From NCBI RefSeq assembly GCF_006345805.1, contig NC_043019.1, forward strand, positions 6,571,360 to 6,635,359: 64,000 nucleotides of DNA, given 5' to 3'. A model generated the notes under the pieces. That model worked only from the letters and a program-made list of their open reading frames with translations, was not told the origin of the DNA and did no database searches. How positions within the stretch are numbered: position 1 is the stretch's first letter; each line of letters starts with the position of its first letter. Origin of the DNA: Octopus sinensis. Its lineage: Eukaryota. This document shows, piece after piece, positions 37,150-51,799 of the stretch. The translations under genes and the position numbers were made by a program.

Positions 37150-37660
37150 ACGAAACAAAGAGAAGTTATTAGGTACAGCTGCTTATATAGTAGAGATAAA
37201 CAAATCCCTTGAACCAAAGCCTTTAAAAAACGCACAATGTTAGCAAAAAGTAGAAAATAGTCGCAGAAATACATCAATCTCTGCACTTAATGGAAAATAC
37301 CATTTGAACGTATTTGTGACTAAAGCGACACTATGAAGAACAAATATTGAAGATCTGACCTATATCTGGTTCACTTAGCTATATATAGGTCATTACAAAC
37401 TGGTTCACAGAGTGCATTTATTTCTAAAGACGTAAAGATACCATCAACTCGACATCTTTGTCATAAAACATCTGGAAGCTAAAAAGTAGAGCAATCGATT
37501 AAATCTAAATTACAAAGTGTTGTGTGACCACATCACAGTCATACGGTGATGTGACTCATCGGTGTAGCTTGTGCTTTGCAGCCAAATATAGCATATCAGC
37601 AGCAACAATCTACACACAACAAACAAGGAAGGTGACCGAGAATAAAAATATTTCTCGAGA
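37150..37660 (+). mobile_element. Penelope-like remnant, second lineage (GIY-YIG C-terminus)
   Basis: Decayed ...LNGK...KAT... and SLS*NIWKLK...SYGDVTHRCSLCFAAKYSI, resembling the PLE motif LSKHIWxLK...RCxLCxxEK. Confidence 0.6.
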
Positions 37661-38086
37661 GAATTTGAATGAGAGATATACTAATTATACCATAAGTAAT
37701 AATAAAATTGATAATTAAATTAATGGAAATCATACCATTAAAATTACTACGAACCAGATTGAGCATTGTTTCCTATACTCCAAAATAATCAGTTATCTAA
37801 ACGCACAGATAGGCTTTGTCCATTAATGTTTAATATTAAATATTTTATCCTTTCGTAATGATCCCCATTACTATAAATCACAAGCTCCGGCGCTAAATAA
37901 GAATGGTGCAAGAATTAACTTGAGATTTGACATTTCCTTGTTTTCTAAAGGATAACATCAATAAGAAAGCCTGGAGATGAAGCGTGATGTAAAGTACCCC
38001 CAAATCTGTGCATTCGTGCAGGTGTGTGTGTGTGTGTATACATGCATACATACATATACAAATATATATACATACATACATACACA

Positions 38087-38158
<72 letters not shown>

Positions 38159-39479
38159 TACATATACACATCCCTCTCTCTCTCTTTATATATATATATT
38201 TATATATGATATATATATATATATATATATTATATTATATTATATTATATTATATTATATTATATTCTTTGCTATGTCAAATTCAAAACCATGCTGTGTT
38301 GCATATCATCATGTCTTCTCAAGGTGAAATGTACTGCGAAAATCCTTCTTTCCGCACATCTGTTGATGCGCTGATACAGTTCGTTTCCTTGCATGTGGGT
38401 TTATCTGGAGTATTGAACTCCCGGCAACGTTTCTAAGAAAGCGATCGACTGTTGTAATATTGTTAAGTGTGGTCAATGGATTAGGTGAAAATAGTAGTTA
38501 TTACACCCATTTTAAAAATTAAAGGCTACATTGAATAACTCTCTTGCACATGAACCATTGTGAAATATAACAAAAAGGTGCAATGGTGAAGAGTGGAACA
38601 GATTAGTTCATCATGGGTCCGCTATATTAGAGTTCACCTGGCTTTTCGTAACAACAATAACAACAATATTCGGAGAGAAATGTTTAGAATTGATGAAAAA
38701 GGTGAGAAGGTGAGAGTATTAGAATAAATATATAGTGAAAATCTACGGAGTGCAAAGGGAAATGAAATATATAGGGTGTGTAAAGTGAGTGGCGTAATGG
38801 AAGAAAGAATACGTGATAAGACGAGAAGAGAAATGACGAGAATAAAAACAAAGCTATGAAATGAAACAGGAGAGGCATAAATAAAGGTGAGCATTGGTTA
38901 GATTAAAATGGAAGAAGAGAATGAATAAAAGAGAATATTGAGGAAATAAATTTGAAATTGGAGCTGATTAAAAGAAAAGAGAAAATAAAGAAATATTGAA
39001 GAGAGGAAATAAAGAAAATGGTGGAAAATTTACGAGAAACGCAAATAAATCTTGGTAGAGATTGATTAAAATAATTCAAGTGAGTGATGGTGTCGTATTT
39101 TTCAGGAGAAACAGAATAATAAACACGTCTGTGGGAGGAATTAATAGATGTCAGATGGAATGAATTATATACGTTGAAATAAATATACAAAGCAACTGTA
39201 AATAATAAGTGGCAAGTATGAATACGAGAAATGAGACGAGAAGGAAATAAAATTAGAAAGATGAGATGAGCCAGAAAAATATTTAACACAAGGCAAACTG
39301 GAAATAATGAGAATTATAGAAGACCAAACAAATGGCGCAGGTAGTTCTACAGCTTTGGTAAATTTCATATTTTTCTCTCTTTAACGAGTCTTGATATAAT
39401 CGAAAACCCAGTGAAATATTTAATGCAACCTTTAGTGAAACGAATAAAAGAATATTCAATTTTTCTTTTTTTCTTGCCA

Positions 39480-40140
39480 TTTATAAAAAACAGAAACCTT
39501 AAGAGAAGATCAACACAGCAACACACATTCCCCGAAAATACTTCCATACATATTCACATACAACCACAGAAACAAAAAGCCTTAACATCATCACCCAAAA
39601 TGTACCAATGCTACATAAGGACCCCAAATGAAAGGAAATTTTACACATACATGAAATCATTAAAAGCTACAAACAACTGAAATCGCTAAATATGATCCCC
39701 ACAAAGGCAAAATCATTTTCTAAAATAACGGAGGCAAATGTGAAAAAATGTGGTCGACCAAATTGCACAATATACCCAAACCTTCTAGAAGGATGAGAAT
39801 TCCTTTAAAAAGAGGGACAAAAATTCAAAATCAAATCTGACTTTACTTGTGCTTCAGAAAATCTGATTTATGTTATATGATGCTCAGGCTGCCACCAAAA
39901 CTACATAGGGTTCACAGGATTATCGCTCAGGCGCAGATGCACTCTGCATCGACAGCAGATTGCATTCCCAGGATACAAAAGGATACCCTTTAGTGAACAT
40001 ATTGAGAAATGCGCAAAGCAAATGCCACCACAATTTGTAATCTTTCCATTCTATCAATGTGCCATTTGAACACCAACACAAGTTAGATAAATAAGGAAAC
40101 CTTCTTCATTGAAAAATATAAGCGAAAACCTAACCATTTC
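39480..40140 (+). mobile_element. Penelope-like element remnant (GIY-YIG endonuclease)
   Basis: KILPYIFTYNHRN...VKKCGRPNC...CASENLIYVI*CSGCHQNYIGFTGLSLRRRCTLHRQQI...SEHIEKC...IFPFYQC. Confidence 0.88.
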
Positions 40141-40539
40141 TAACATTTTTAAATGTGGAGACGCACCTCATTGAAGAAGTTATCAAGCAAAACCCAATCA
40201 CTTCTAACATTCTGTTCCTTCTAAACCTAGTCATTCCTAACATTTTTATTATCTCCCTTACACCGGAAAAAATCCCTGATTGCCTTCTCCTGTCTGGAAC
40301 TCCATATTTCACAACATAGTGAAGACATGACACGAAGTAGGTAAAGAAATATGAGAAATTTGAAAAGAGAAATACGAAACCGGTTATTTCCCCCAAAACT
40401 ATGTTACTATACGCACAATTTTATAACATTTTTCTAACATAACGATTTAAATATATTCTTTAAACATATAACACAAGACTTCTGTAGTTTTTCACTCTTT
40501 TTTGTCTTTTATACATCCAACAACACGCTTTCACATACC

Positions 40540-40603
<64 letters not shown>

Positions 40604-41325
40604 GATAGATGGAGAGATATATGGATAGATAGAGGGATAGATAGATACACACACACACATATACATATATATCAATCACGAATGGTTGTATGCCGAAAAC
40701 ACGCAGGCACTGTCACCCTCCTTCACGTAAAATTTTGAGAAACATTATAAGTTTGCAAAAACACATTGTATAATTCTCAGGTTGAAAGTTAAAATTCTAA
40801 GTACATTTACATAAAAGCAAACGTTAACATATATATAAAGATAGAGATATACATATATACAGAGTGAGAGAGGGAGAGAAAGAAAGCGAAACAGAGATAG
40901 GTAAATATATAGCGAGATATCAAAGCAAAGAGACATACAACTACATATGTATAAAACCCACACACAAACACTCGCATACACACTTGCAGCATATATAATG
41001 GAATGCGGCAGTCTACACCAAAGATGTAACTGATAAAATATGCCAACATGTCTTTAATGGAATCGAACAGTAACACGCTTCTCTATTCTATATTTACATC
41101 TCACCTATAATGCCTTGTATTTGGACAGTTTCGAGGCACTTATGGAGTTTTAATGACATAATGGTGTGAGAATTGTCTTAACACCTCCGACAAACATTAT
41201 CGTTTGTCTATACAACGAAGTAAGATAATTGCAGCGGACATATAAAGAGTTGTTTCGGGAATATATCGATGTATATATATGTCAGTATGTATATGTACTT
41301 ACACACTTACATTCATACATGCATC

Positions 41326-41361
<36 letters not shown>

Positions 41362-41684
41362 ATATATATATGTACACACACTCACGCATATACGTAGGTA
41401 TGCGTGTTTGTAGGTGTATATGTAAATATACAAATAAGCATCAGTGTTTTTAAGCATGAATGCTAAGAGATACAGATCAATGTTTGTATTGCATGTAGGT
41501 ATGTAGAAACACACGTTGATAAAATTACACTGTGTGCATACATACATACATGCTTACATAAATAAAATATCAGGAATATATATATATGTAAATGTATATA
41601 TATATATTATATATACACCACACATATATATGATATATATATATTAGAAATATATATATATGTATATATATATATGTATATATA

Positions 41685-41725
<41 letters not shown>

Positions 41726-41731
41726 CGTATA

Positions 41732-41772
<41 letters not shown>

Positions 41773-42343
41773 AATATATATATATATACATATGATATGT
41801 AATATGGATGTGTAGACTCATGAGTGTATATTGTTAAGCAGGCACATCGCAAATATAATTACTTACACATATATTTGCGTTTGTATCAATCTATATATTT
41901 ATGTATCTGCCCGTATCTCTCTCTCCCACTCTGTCACTATCTGTGTGTGCCTCTGTCTTTCTGTCTGTCTCTCTCTTTCCTCTCTTTCTCTCTCTGTCTC
42001 CTCACACACAACACACACACACACACACACATATATGGATGTATATACGTGTGAATTTGTATGTATGCACATTTTCAGATAATAGCAACATTATATATTG
42101 AGACCACATGAAAAACGAAAATAAACTAAGCTATCAGCTTAGTTTCACTTTAGTTTCTCTATAGAATTAAACAACAGGTCTCATTAGACTTAATTGCTAT
42201 TTTCGATTAGCAAAATGCTTCTTACAATTTTTCACTTTTTTGTGTGAATCATGGAATTAACAGAAATTCTTTAAAACTTACATACTTGTGGATATATATT
42301 ATATATTTAAAGAAAGTAGTTTGCTGGTAAAAGTTCAGAACGG

Positions 42344-42548
42344 TATGTTCGAGGGGTATTGAAAAAGTCTTTGCTTTACGGGTATTGCAGAAAGCTTGGT
42401 TGGAGGCCCACCCTTCTGAAAGTTCTTTTACGTTGCTGCAAGAAGTGTGTGAATCGGAGGGGGGAATATGTGGTATCATATCATAATTAAGTGACCCTCC
42501 TCTATTTTCTTTTACCCCAATCCAGGAACCCTTCAGCACCCTCTCGTA
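42344..42548. mobile_element. Mariner-derived MITE (~200 bp)
   Basis: TIR-like cgaggggtattgaaaaagtc versus reverse-complemented tacgagagggtgctgaagggttcc; internal KKCVNRRGEYV-like transposase C-terminal relic. Confidence 0.7.
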
Positions 42549-43039
42549 TGTGGTTAAAATTTTCATCTCACAAAACCTATCGATGCTGCAGTTCTCCTGA
42601 TACAGGCAACACTTCAAACAAAGGCAATGAAAAGCCACAAGCCAACCCTCAATTTTCGTTTCTTAATCACCAGATGCTTAATTAAACAAGGTTATTTACC
42701 GGAACCATTTTCGACACCTTTTCACCAATTCACTATAGATAAGCACTTCACTCCCCACCCTCACACCCCTTTCCAGGAAATCTTTATTAAAAAATCACTA
42801 TATTAAAAAATCACTATAGGGGTTTGCCAGAAAAGTAAAATATCCTCAATTCTTGTAACGTCAACGAAGAATGTTCTTTCCCATATCCACCAGACAGAAT
42901 ATTATCACCTAAAGTGGATAGTGAGGCCTAGTCTAATCTCACGATAATCTAGGCTGATAGCCATATTCGTCCTACATGGGGCAACGCGTATTCAACATAA
43001 ATCTACTAATCATCAATAGTAGGATGCTGCATAAGCTCT

Positions 43040-43041
43040 TG

Positions 43042-43101
<60 letters not shown>

Positions 43102-43139
43102 CATCATCATCATTATTGTTGTTGTTGTTGTTGTTGTTA

Positions 43140-43184
<45 letters not shown>

Positions 43185-43253
43185 ATATTATTATTATTAT
43201 TGTTATTATTATTATTATCATTATTATTATCATTATTATTATTAATATTAGTG

Positions 43254-43314
<61 letters not shown>

Positions 43315-43329
43315 CATTATTATTATTAA

Positions 43330-43389
<60 letters not shown>

Positions 43390-43400
43390 CATCATTATTA
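43040..43400. repeat. (TTA)n/(TCA)n/(TTG)n microsatellite
   Basis: Direct inspection. Confidence 0.97.
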
Positions 43401-44099
43401 TTACACTATCTACTCTTTAAATATAAATGAATTGAAGATAATGTAATTAAGCTGCTGTAATTAATTTATAAAATGATGAGAGCTTTCAATGTGTTATTCT
43501 TTTTATTAATGTCAAAATATTTGTTTTGTGTATTTGCAGTTAATACAAAAAATAATATATTATAAACAAATTTTGTAGACAGAAATATATAAATATGATA
43601 AATGGAAAAAAATGTATAAATCTTTGATAAATCAGTAATAATTTGATTGAAACAGACAGCTACAAGAATCAGAAGTGTATTTTATTCATTTATGATTTCA
43701 GTTATTTGATTGCGGCCATACTAGAGCAACGGTTTCTATATACGAAAAGAGAGTCCTAGGAAGGAATGATGTTCTATGTGTTACCTGGAGTAGCTAAATA
43801 TTCCTCTGATCACACCCTAGCATTATTGATAAGAGGGCAGAACAGGTGATGTGAGCTGGAATAGTGCCCGATGATTGTCACTAACAGATACCGGTCAAAC
43901 TAAAGGGCTTGACCCGAGCAAAAAAAAGTAATAGTGTAATAAGTGTAAAACAACTTGCTGTAAACGAAAATGAAATAAAACGCGCACTCGCGAACGGGCA
44001 GTGGGGGAAACAACTTAACATCGTGAATGTGTTCTGAGTCGTCTCACCACAGCAAAAGCAAAAGTGTAATAGGTATAGGTGTAAAACAACATGTAATAA

Positions 44100-44345
44100 T
44101 TTCGTTTTTGGATTTGGTTTGCAAGATTCTTTATGTGAATTCGTGTGTTGAAGCATATTCTGTTGTGTCTGGGGAGAGAGAGTCATGTTCTTTTTGTGCC
44201 TTGACTATTGAAAAGGTTGCAAGACGCAACAAAAATTTTAGGAAAATAAAAATAAGTGGAAAATTTACCGGTGAGCGTGTTACAATATAAGGCACCTAAA
44301 GAAAATGATTCTCCCCAGTCACAATAGAATATGTAATAAACGAAT
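44100..44345. mobile_element. Palindromic foldback element, copy 3 (left arm internally deleted)
   Basis: Left arm matches 9089-9185; right arm matches 14605-14740. Confidence 0.8.
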
Positions 44346-44934
44346 ATGAAAAAATTGCGCGCTCGCAAACAGATTGGGGAGAGGACTCGGAAAATTCACA
44401 TCGTCAGACCATGACCTTTAAACTCATGTTTGACCCGAGTAAAAGAAATATTATAAACCAGTGTAATAGGTGTAAAACAACATGTAGTAAAAGAATATGG
44501 GAAAAAAATGCGCGCTCGCGAACGATGTTGGTGGGGAGGACTCGGAAAGTTCACATTGTGAATGTTCCGAGTCGTCTCACCACAGGCCGACGTGGCCCTT
44601 CAACTATTGAGCTCTTCAGCTTCTTTTTAAAGAGAAGGTAACTGCATGGAAATTCCTCATGCTGATGAATATTGGAATCGCATCTCTTGTTGCACCAATA
44701 CAAATTAGAAGAATGAATGGGTGAAACTAGATCTGCACCAACCTTGTACACTAGATAAATCAAATCCAGCTACCTGGGTAATTTATTGAAGGACTGAAAA
44801 ATAGTTAAGGGATAAAACCCTACGTAAAATCCGGGAGTATCTCCTTTACCTCCACGCATGCGCCGAACCTTTGGCTTCATTTCCGTTCATTGATTATCCA
44901 AGTGTGGCGAGGTAGAAATCCTTTATCGTGTATG

Positions 44935-45100
44935 TTTTACTTGTTGCCGTCATTAGACCACGGCCATGCTGAGGCACCGCCTTGAAGAATTTTTTAGTCG
45001 ATTGGATCGACTCCAGTCCTTATTTTATTATAGAATGGTGCTTGTTGTATCGGTTTACGCTTCTGACTCGGTAAGGTACGCGAACAGAACCAGTAGTTAG
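44935..45100 (-). mobile_element. Diverged SINE-A tail fragment
   Basis: ttttacttgttgccgtcattagaccacggccatgctgaggcaccgcctt. Confidence 0.65.
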
Positions 45101-45934
45101 GGAAAAACACAGAAATAAACTCTCTCTCACAAACACACACGCACACACCAAATCCAGTCAAAAAGTCGAAAAAACTTTGTATCAATTTCTTTTTTAAAAC
45201 GACGTAAGTCGAGAAGTAGGTAACTCTGAAGGGCGTAAGTTGAGGTTTGCACGTACACTCTCGTTTCCTCATTTTGACGAAAGTTTTCTTTTCGATACTG
45301 TGTTCCTGTATAGATTGAATTCCATATAGTAGATAGTCGGACTCGCCACATGGGGAACGTCTTTCAGTATCGCCTTCTTGTTTGAGCAAATTTTACCCGA
45401 GATCGAACGACATCGTCGTCGATAAAATTAACATGGGACGACCAGCAAGAGCAGCACTCCCTCCACCACTACCAATAACAACAACAACAACAACAGCAAG
45501 ACGGCAGTAGTTGCCATCGTCTCCGTTTTTGTAGAGATCGATATAAACGATTCACATTGTACATGGCGAGAGATGTTAAAATGACGCCATTATGGAATTA
45601 GAAGAACTGAGAGAAAGCGAGAGAGAGAGAGAGAGAGAGTGTGGTGGAGAAGGTGAGATGGAGATAGACAGACAGACAGACAGAAAAGTTGTGGAAGGGT
45701 GACCGACAGGGAACGACAGAGAAGAAACGGTTTGAGAGAGGCTCGTGAGAAACGTATGTATATGTGTGTGTATGTGTATATATGTATCTCTTTGTTTCTG
45801 CGCGTGTGTGTGTGCCTGCGTGTGAGTATGTGTGTGTATGTGTGCTCTCGTACACACACACATCCATATGTATATATATAATTGCATAAATGTATATATA
45901 TATATATATATATAATAATATAACTATATATAAC

Positions 45935-45965
<31 letters not shown>

Positions 45966-46822
45966 CATACGTACATATTTACATACATACATATATATGG
46001 ACATATATATATATATATACATACATATGTAAATACATATATATGTATACACACACACACACCACATATATAATATATATATATATATATACATACACGC
46101 ATAAGTGTATACATACGCATACATATACATGTATGTATGTACATAAAGAAGAGTGAGATGGGGCGAGTGAAAGAGTTTTTAGACCAGAGGAACACTTGCC
46201 AGTTGGGTTGGTACCAAGTTCAATAAACGTTGTTTAGACGCAAAGCATTGATGATGGAGATTCACCAATTAATATAGATCGGCAATAATTCATTAAAAGC
46301 TTATCGTTTCTGGCTTCCTTAATGAACGGGACAGATCGAAATGTCTTAGGATGGAGGTTGTGCGGGTGCGTTTGTTTGCTTGCGAGGGTGCGTGAACTCT
46401 GTAGATGTGGAGTTGGGCAATGAGGTCTGGAGTTCCAGGTTGTTTTGGGTGCAAGGGTTAAATCAAGGTGGATTAGGGTGTTGATGGAGTTGTTGTTTTT
46501 TCATGTTGTTTGTGTAATGCTTTATGTATTTTCTTTGATTATTCTTCATTTTTTATTTACTTTTTTATGTTATGTTTTTTTTCTTTTTCTGTTTGAAGTT
46601 TCATTTCGATTTTATCACCGAAACTACTAGAATGATTTGCATTACCACTGTATACCTCTACATACATATATACACAGATATATGCATACATACAGATATA
46701 CATACACACGCAAATAGACATAGAAATATATATATACATACGTATGTAATATATATATATATACGTATACTCCCATAAGTACATACACACACACACACAA
46801 CACACACACACGCACAAACAAC

Positions 46823-46860
<38 letters not shown>

Positions 46861-46915
46861 CACATACAAACATATATTCATACACCCATACATACAATAC
46901 GTAATATATACGAAG

Positions 46916-46950
<35 letters not shown>

Positions 46951-47153
46951 TGTGTGTGCGCGTATAAATATATCTGCTTCTCTATGTGTTCATATATAAA
47001 TATTCAATATACATGCATATATGCATATAAAGATATACCTAACTATATGTATATATTTATGTATATATATATATATATATATTCCCACACACACATACAC
47101 ACACACTCAAACACATACACACACATATATGTAGATATATATATATATATATA

Positions 47154-47198
<45 letters not shown>

Positions 47199-49076
47199 GC
47201 ACACGCACACTTACATATGAATATGTGTACATATATACTCCCATACATACAAGGTTATGTATGCGTTTGTATTACAAATACCTTAGACCCAGAATACATA
47301 AGAACACATATACGTCTACTTTTATAGATTTATGCGTGTTTGTATAACTATGCACGTGTCAATTTTCTATTTATTAGTATATACTCAATACTTACATATA
47401 TTTGTTTACTCTGGTGGTAGTTATTAACCAATCAAACAGACAATAAAATCGAGTCCATACTGAAATTGAACGAATAATTATCGACAGAATACAGCCCACC
47501 TTATATCCTCATTTATCAATCATATTTATAAATAGAGCTTTCAAATCTAAGTGTTTTCACCTCTTCAACTCTTCCCCTCTGTTACTCTCTCTATATATCT
47601 CTCTCTGTCCGTTCACATGTTTGTCTTTCTCCTAAATATCTATTTTTGCAAAGTTATCATCCGTAGTAGTACTACGTATTCTGATAAAAGATTTATGTAT
47701 GAAATCGCAGCCATATAACTATCTCAAGGCAAATATGTTGCAAACAAACCAAAATAACGTATTACGCGTCCTTAAAAGCTTGGAGTGCACATTGCTGGAA
47801 GACTTAAGTTTAATCTTCAACATATGTTCGGATTAACCTTTAACCAAAGCTAGGATTTGTTTTTAAACAAGGCCAAGATTAATTTTTAAACAATCTTAAG
47901 TATGTGTTTAGGTCACTAAAGGGACGGTCTTACTACATAACCGGATTTATAATGGTGCGAAGGATACAAAAACGTAATGTTTGTGTTAGAATTAATTGCT
48001 AAAAACGTGTGGTTAATATTTATTTTGTATTTTGCCCAAATTGTAAGTATGTTTATATGAAGCAATACTAATTAATTTTTAAGAAAATAAAATCTCAAAA
48101 GAGAAGCAAAGCACTTTACAAGACCAATGAAATCAGATACCACACCGATATTAATTATGGCGGTAGGGTCTTAATTAGGGGTTTGTCCTGAACATTTCAC
48201 TACTTCATAACGTCTCATCCAATGACCGACTCACCACTCACTGTCGAAACGTCCGATTGATCGGTCATACTCTACATGAAATCCTATAAACATTCAAGTC
48301 TTATCTTTGGAATATTCTGATAACAATGTAAATATTTTTTTTATGTCCATGATAAGATTTGCAAAACATTTCCTTGTTTGTTTTTGAACAAAAAATTATG
48401 AGTGTGACATTTCTTACTTTCACTATCTCTCTCCCCTATCCCTCTCTCTCTCTCTTTCAGTTTATATAAATATGTATATATACATACACACACACACACA
48501 GACACACACACACACACACACACCACACACACACACACACACATATAGAAAGGGTGATTCGAAAGTCGCCATAGATACGAACAATTTATATTTTTATAAG
48601 AAACTGTTTATAACAGTATTTTTTTTAGTTAACAGTCTCTATATGGTTATCATTGTTTTGAATACACGTTGCAGAACGTTTACCCCAATCATTGTGAACT
48701 CATAACACATCTGGTGATACGTGTGCAAAGGAGTTGGTGAAGTGTTCCTGCAAATGATTTTGTCTTTTAGGTTCCGCGATACGCCAAGCATTTCAAATGC
48801 CACTAAAGATACAAATCAAGTGGTGGGCAGATCAGAGGATCTAGGAGTTCTTATAAACTGTTTCTTATAAATATTAAATATTTCCTTCCTATGGAGACTT
48901 TTGAATCTGCAAATTTATGTATCTTCTCCTTTATCTTGCTCGTTTTACATTCTGGTGTTTGCTGAAATTTCTTGAGAAAACATTCTTCGTCGTAAGACAA
49001 TTTGGTGTCTCATTCTAGCATATTAGGAATCCACTTTGGTTGTTATTCTTCTTATATATGTATATATATATATAAT

Positions 49077-49120
<44 letters not shown>

Positions 49121-49382
49121 GTATATATATACCTTTTAGTATGCCGTTTAAATCCCGTTGACTGTTTGCAAATATTTTATGCCATCAACACTATCATTGA
49201 CGAATCACATCCAGCTGTTCAGAATGTCACCTGCGAGGGAGTGATGCAAGTTGAGTCGAAACTGTCGTAGTGATTTATAAAAATAGAAATCATGTGTATT
49301 CCATTTCCTCTTTCCCTCATTTGTTGATATATCTACATATATATATATATATATACTTTATTTAAAGCAGCAGAAAATTCAA

Positions 49383-49432
49383 CAAAATCTGTTACTCTGA
49401 GTTTCTCGTTGCCGTTCATCAGACAGTTTTTG
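49383..49432 (-). ncRNA. Type I minimal hammerhead ribozyme motif (probably PLE-derived, one core-adjacent mismatch)
   Basis: Minus strand CAAAAACUGU-CUGAUGA-ACGGCAACGA-GAAA-CUCAGAG-UA/ACAGAUUUUG: stem I 9 of 10 pairs, intact CUGAUGA and GAAA, GUA cleavage triplet. Confidence 0.75.
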
Positions 49433-49934
49433 CTAGAATGGAACCGATATATCAATTTAATCTAGACTCTTACAAACGCTACACCTTTAAAAAAAATGGA
49501 CTTGTTTGATTGGCCCTTTAGAAATAACGGTCAATCTTCGAGCGATAAACAAAAAAAGCTCAAACATATATGTATATATATATGAAAAATTATAAAAATT
49601 ATAAAATTCGAGGAAAAAAACCTTACATTGAATAAAATACATATTGACGTTAATGAAGAAAGTATAATTAATGCATAGAAATTAAAACCTCTTATAAATA
49701 TTACACTGCAATACATATTTATATTAAAGTGTACATATATAAAAGTGTACATATATATATCAACATACACAGGAGGATGCGTGCAAACGCCATACATATA
49801 CAGACGTATACATATAAATATAAAATTTACACATAAATCTAAAATATACACATATGTTTACTCCGGTATATATATATATATATGTTGCATATACATAGTC
49901 AGATGTAAATACCAATGTGTGTATATATATAAAA

Positions 49935-50273
49935 GGGGTAAAGACGCCCTTCGGTCATGAATGACCATGGGATTGCACCTAGAAAGTTACCCTCCTAGAC
50001 ACAAGTCTGGGCAAGGTTGTTTTTATGGAAGGCTAGCAGTCGCCCATGCATACCAGCCTCCCCTCTCCACGCCACCAGTGTTATCCAAGGGAAAGACAAC
50101 GGTCGATACAGCTTGGCACCAGTGACGTCGCAACTCATTTCTACAGCTGAGTGAACTGGAGCAACGTGAAATAAAGTGCCTTGCACGAGAACACAACACG
50201 CAGCCCGGTCCGAGATTCGAGCTCACAACCTCACGATCGTAAGCTCGACGCTCTAACCACTGAGCCATGCGCC
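49935..50273 (-). mobile_element. tRNA(Arg)-like-headed CORE-type SINE, full length
   Basis: ggcgcatggctcagtggttagagcgtcgagcttacgatcgtgaggttgtgagctcgaatctc head (ACG in the anticodon-loop position), CORE-like gcaaggcactttatttcacgttgctccagttcactcagctgtag. Octopus tRNA-Arg-derived SINEs (OR1/OR2) are described; exact family not verified. Confidence 0.85.
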
Positions 50274-50606
50274 TTATATAAATATAAATATGTATATATA
50301 TACTCATGTCTGACTATGGGTATGTGCACATGTGAGCGTGCCAATTAGGTTGTCTGTGTATAAGAGTGAATACGCGCATATATGCAGTTCGATGTTCGTA
50401 TTTTTGCGAGAATGAATTACTGCACAAACGGTGTGGCCGCCTCCATCGTCACTGTTGCCAAATGGTATTGAAAATGGCATCGATATTAGGAAGTTCGCTG
50501 GCGCGTATTGATTGTTCCTTGCTTTGTTCTGTTGTATTACGTTAAATTTATTGCAAGGGCAGTAGTGGGCGGAAATTATAGATTTCACGCATATATATAC
50601 ATACAT

Positions 50607-50702
<96 letters not shown>

Positions 50703-50743
50703 TACGTGTATATATATATATACGTGTATATATATATATATAG

Positions 50744-50775
<32 letters not shown>

Positions 50776-50999
50776 TATATATCTATATTATATATATATA
50801 TATAATGTGTGTATGTGGGGGGATTATGTGTACACATGTGCATATATATATACGTGTGTGTGCGTGTTTGAATCTGTCTGTGGTAGAGGTATGCCTGAGT
50901 AGAGTCCTATGTCAATGACCGACCACTGGCGGACATTTAATTACACCGAAGTACTCATAAAGCATTAACACATTTAAACAAGTATATAATCTCTCTCTT

Positions 51000-51039
<40 letters not shown>

Positions 51040-51329
51040 CATCAATATATTTATGGAGAGTGAGAGATAGAGGGAGAAGGAGAGATACAGGTGTTTGTTA
51101 CACAATCACACACACACACAGACACATATATGGCAGGAGATGTTTATCTATATCTATGTATATATATATATATAGACATACATGACAGAAGTAAATACAC
51201 ACCCTTATAAATATTAAAATTTATTTAAATATGAAATTATACATTCAAAGCATTAATCAATTATTATAATATGAATATTTAATATTTAGTAGACATGCCC
51301 TTTGCATTTTTCATTGCAAGGACCCTAAA

Positions 51330-51720
51330 AACCATTCTACTGATCAGATGACGAATATTCTCTTGCGGAGTTTCTGCCAAGTTTCATGCAGTAGTCTCAA
51401 CAAATCTGGCTTTGAAGATGCTTTCTCGTTCTTTTTATGAAGTGTTCTGTGCTTATGTGCCAGAGGTTTTCAATAGGTTTTATATCTGGTGACTGACTTG
51501 GCCATGGAAACTTTTTACTACCATTCTCGTCCAACAAAACTTTAGTCATTTTAGCAAGATGACAAGGAGTTCCATCTTCCATAGATAAAGAGCCTTCTTT
51601 AATCATTTCTGCAATATGGACTCATATTTATCTGAGTTTTTGTTTCTCTCACACTCCACTAGCTCTGATCCGCCATTGCTCCAAATTGCTTCACAGACCA
51701 TCATAGAATAGCTGTCTTGT
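51330..51720 (-). mobile_element. Decayed Tc1-like (DD34E) transposase fragment
   Basis: MEDGTPCHLAK...WPSQSPDIKPIENLW motifs. Confidence 0.88.
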
Positions 51721-51799
51721 TTCATTGTTGGTTGCAATATTTTCACGTCAAATTCTGGGTGACAGAATCTCCAGACAACACACGACTACTGTCGGAAAA

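Noticed and set aside
42249-42638. 129-aa minus-strand ORF
   Set aside because: Reads through the mariner-derived MITE and flanks; no coherent domain.
50200-50273. Functional tRNA genes (also 15339-15416, 24820-24895, 53125-53200)
   Set aside because: A/B boxes are present but acceptor stems do not pair, and several run into SINE bodies; these are SINE heads or pseudo-tRNAs.
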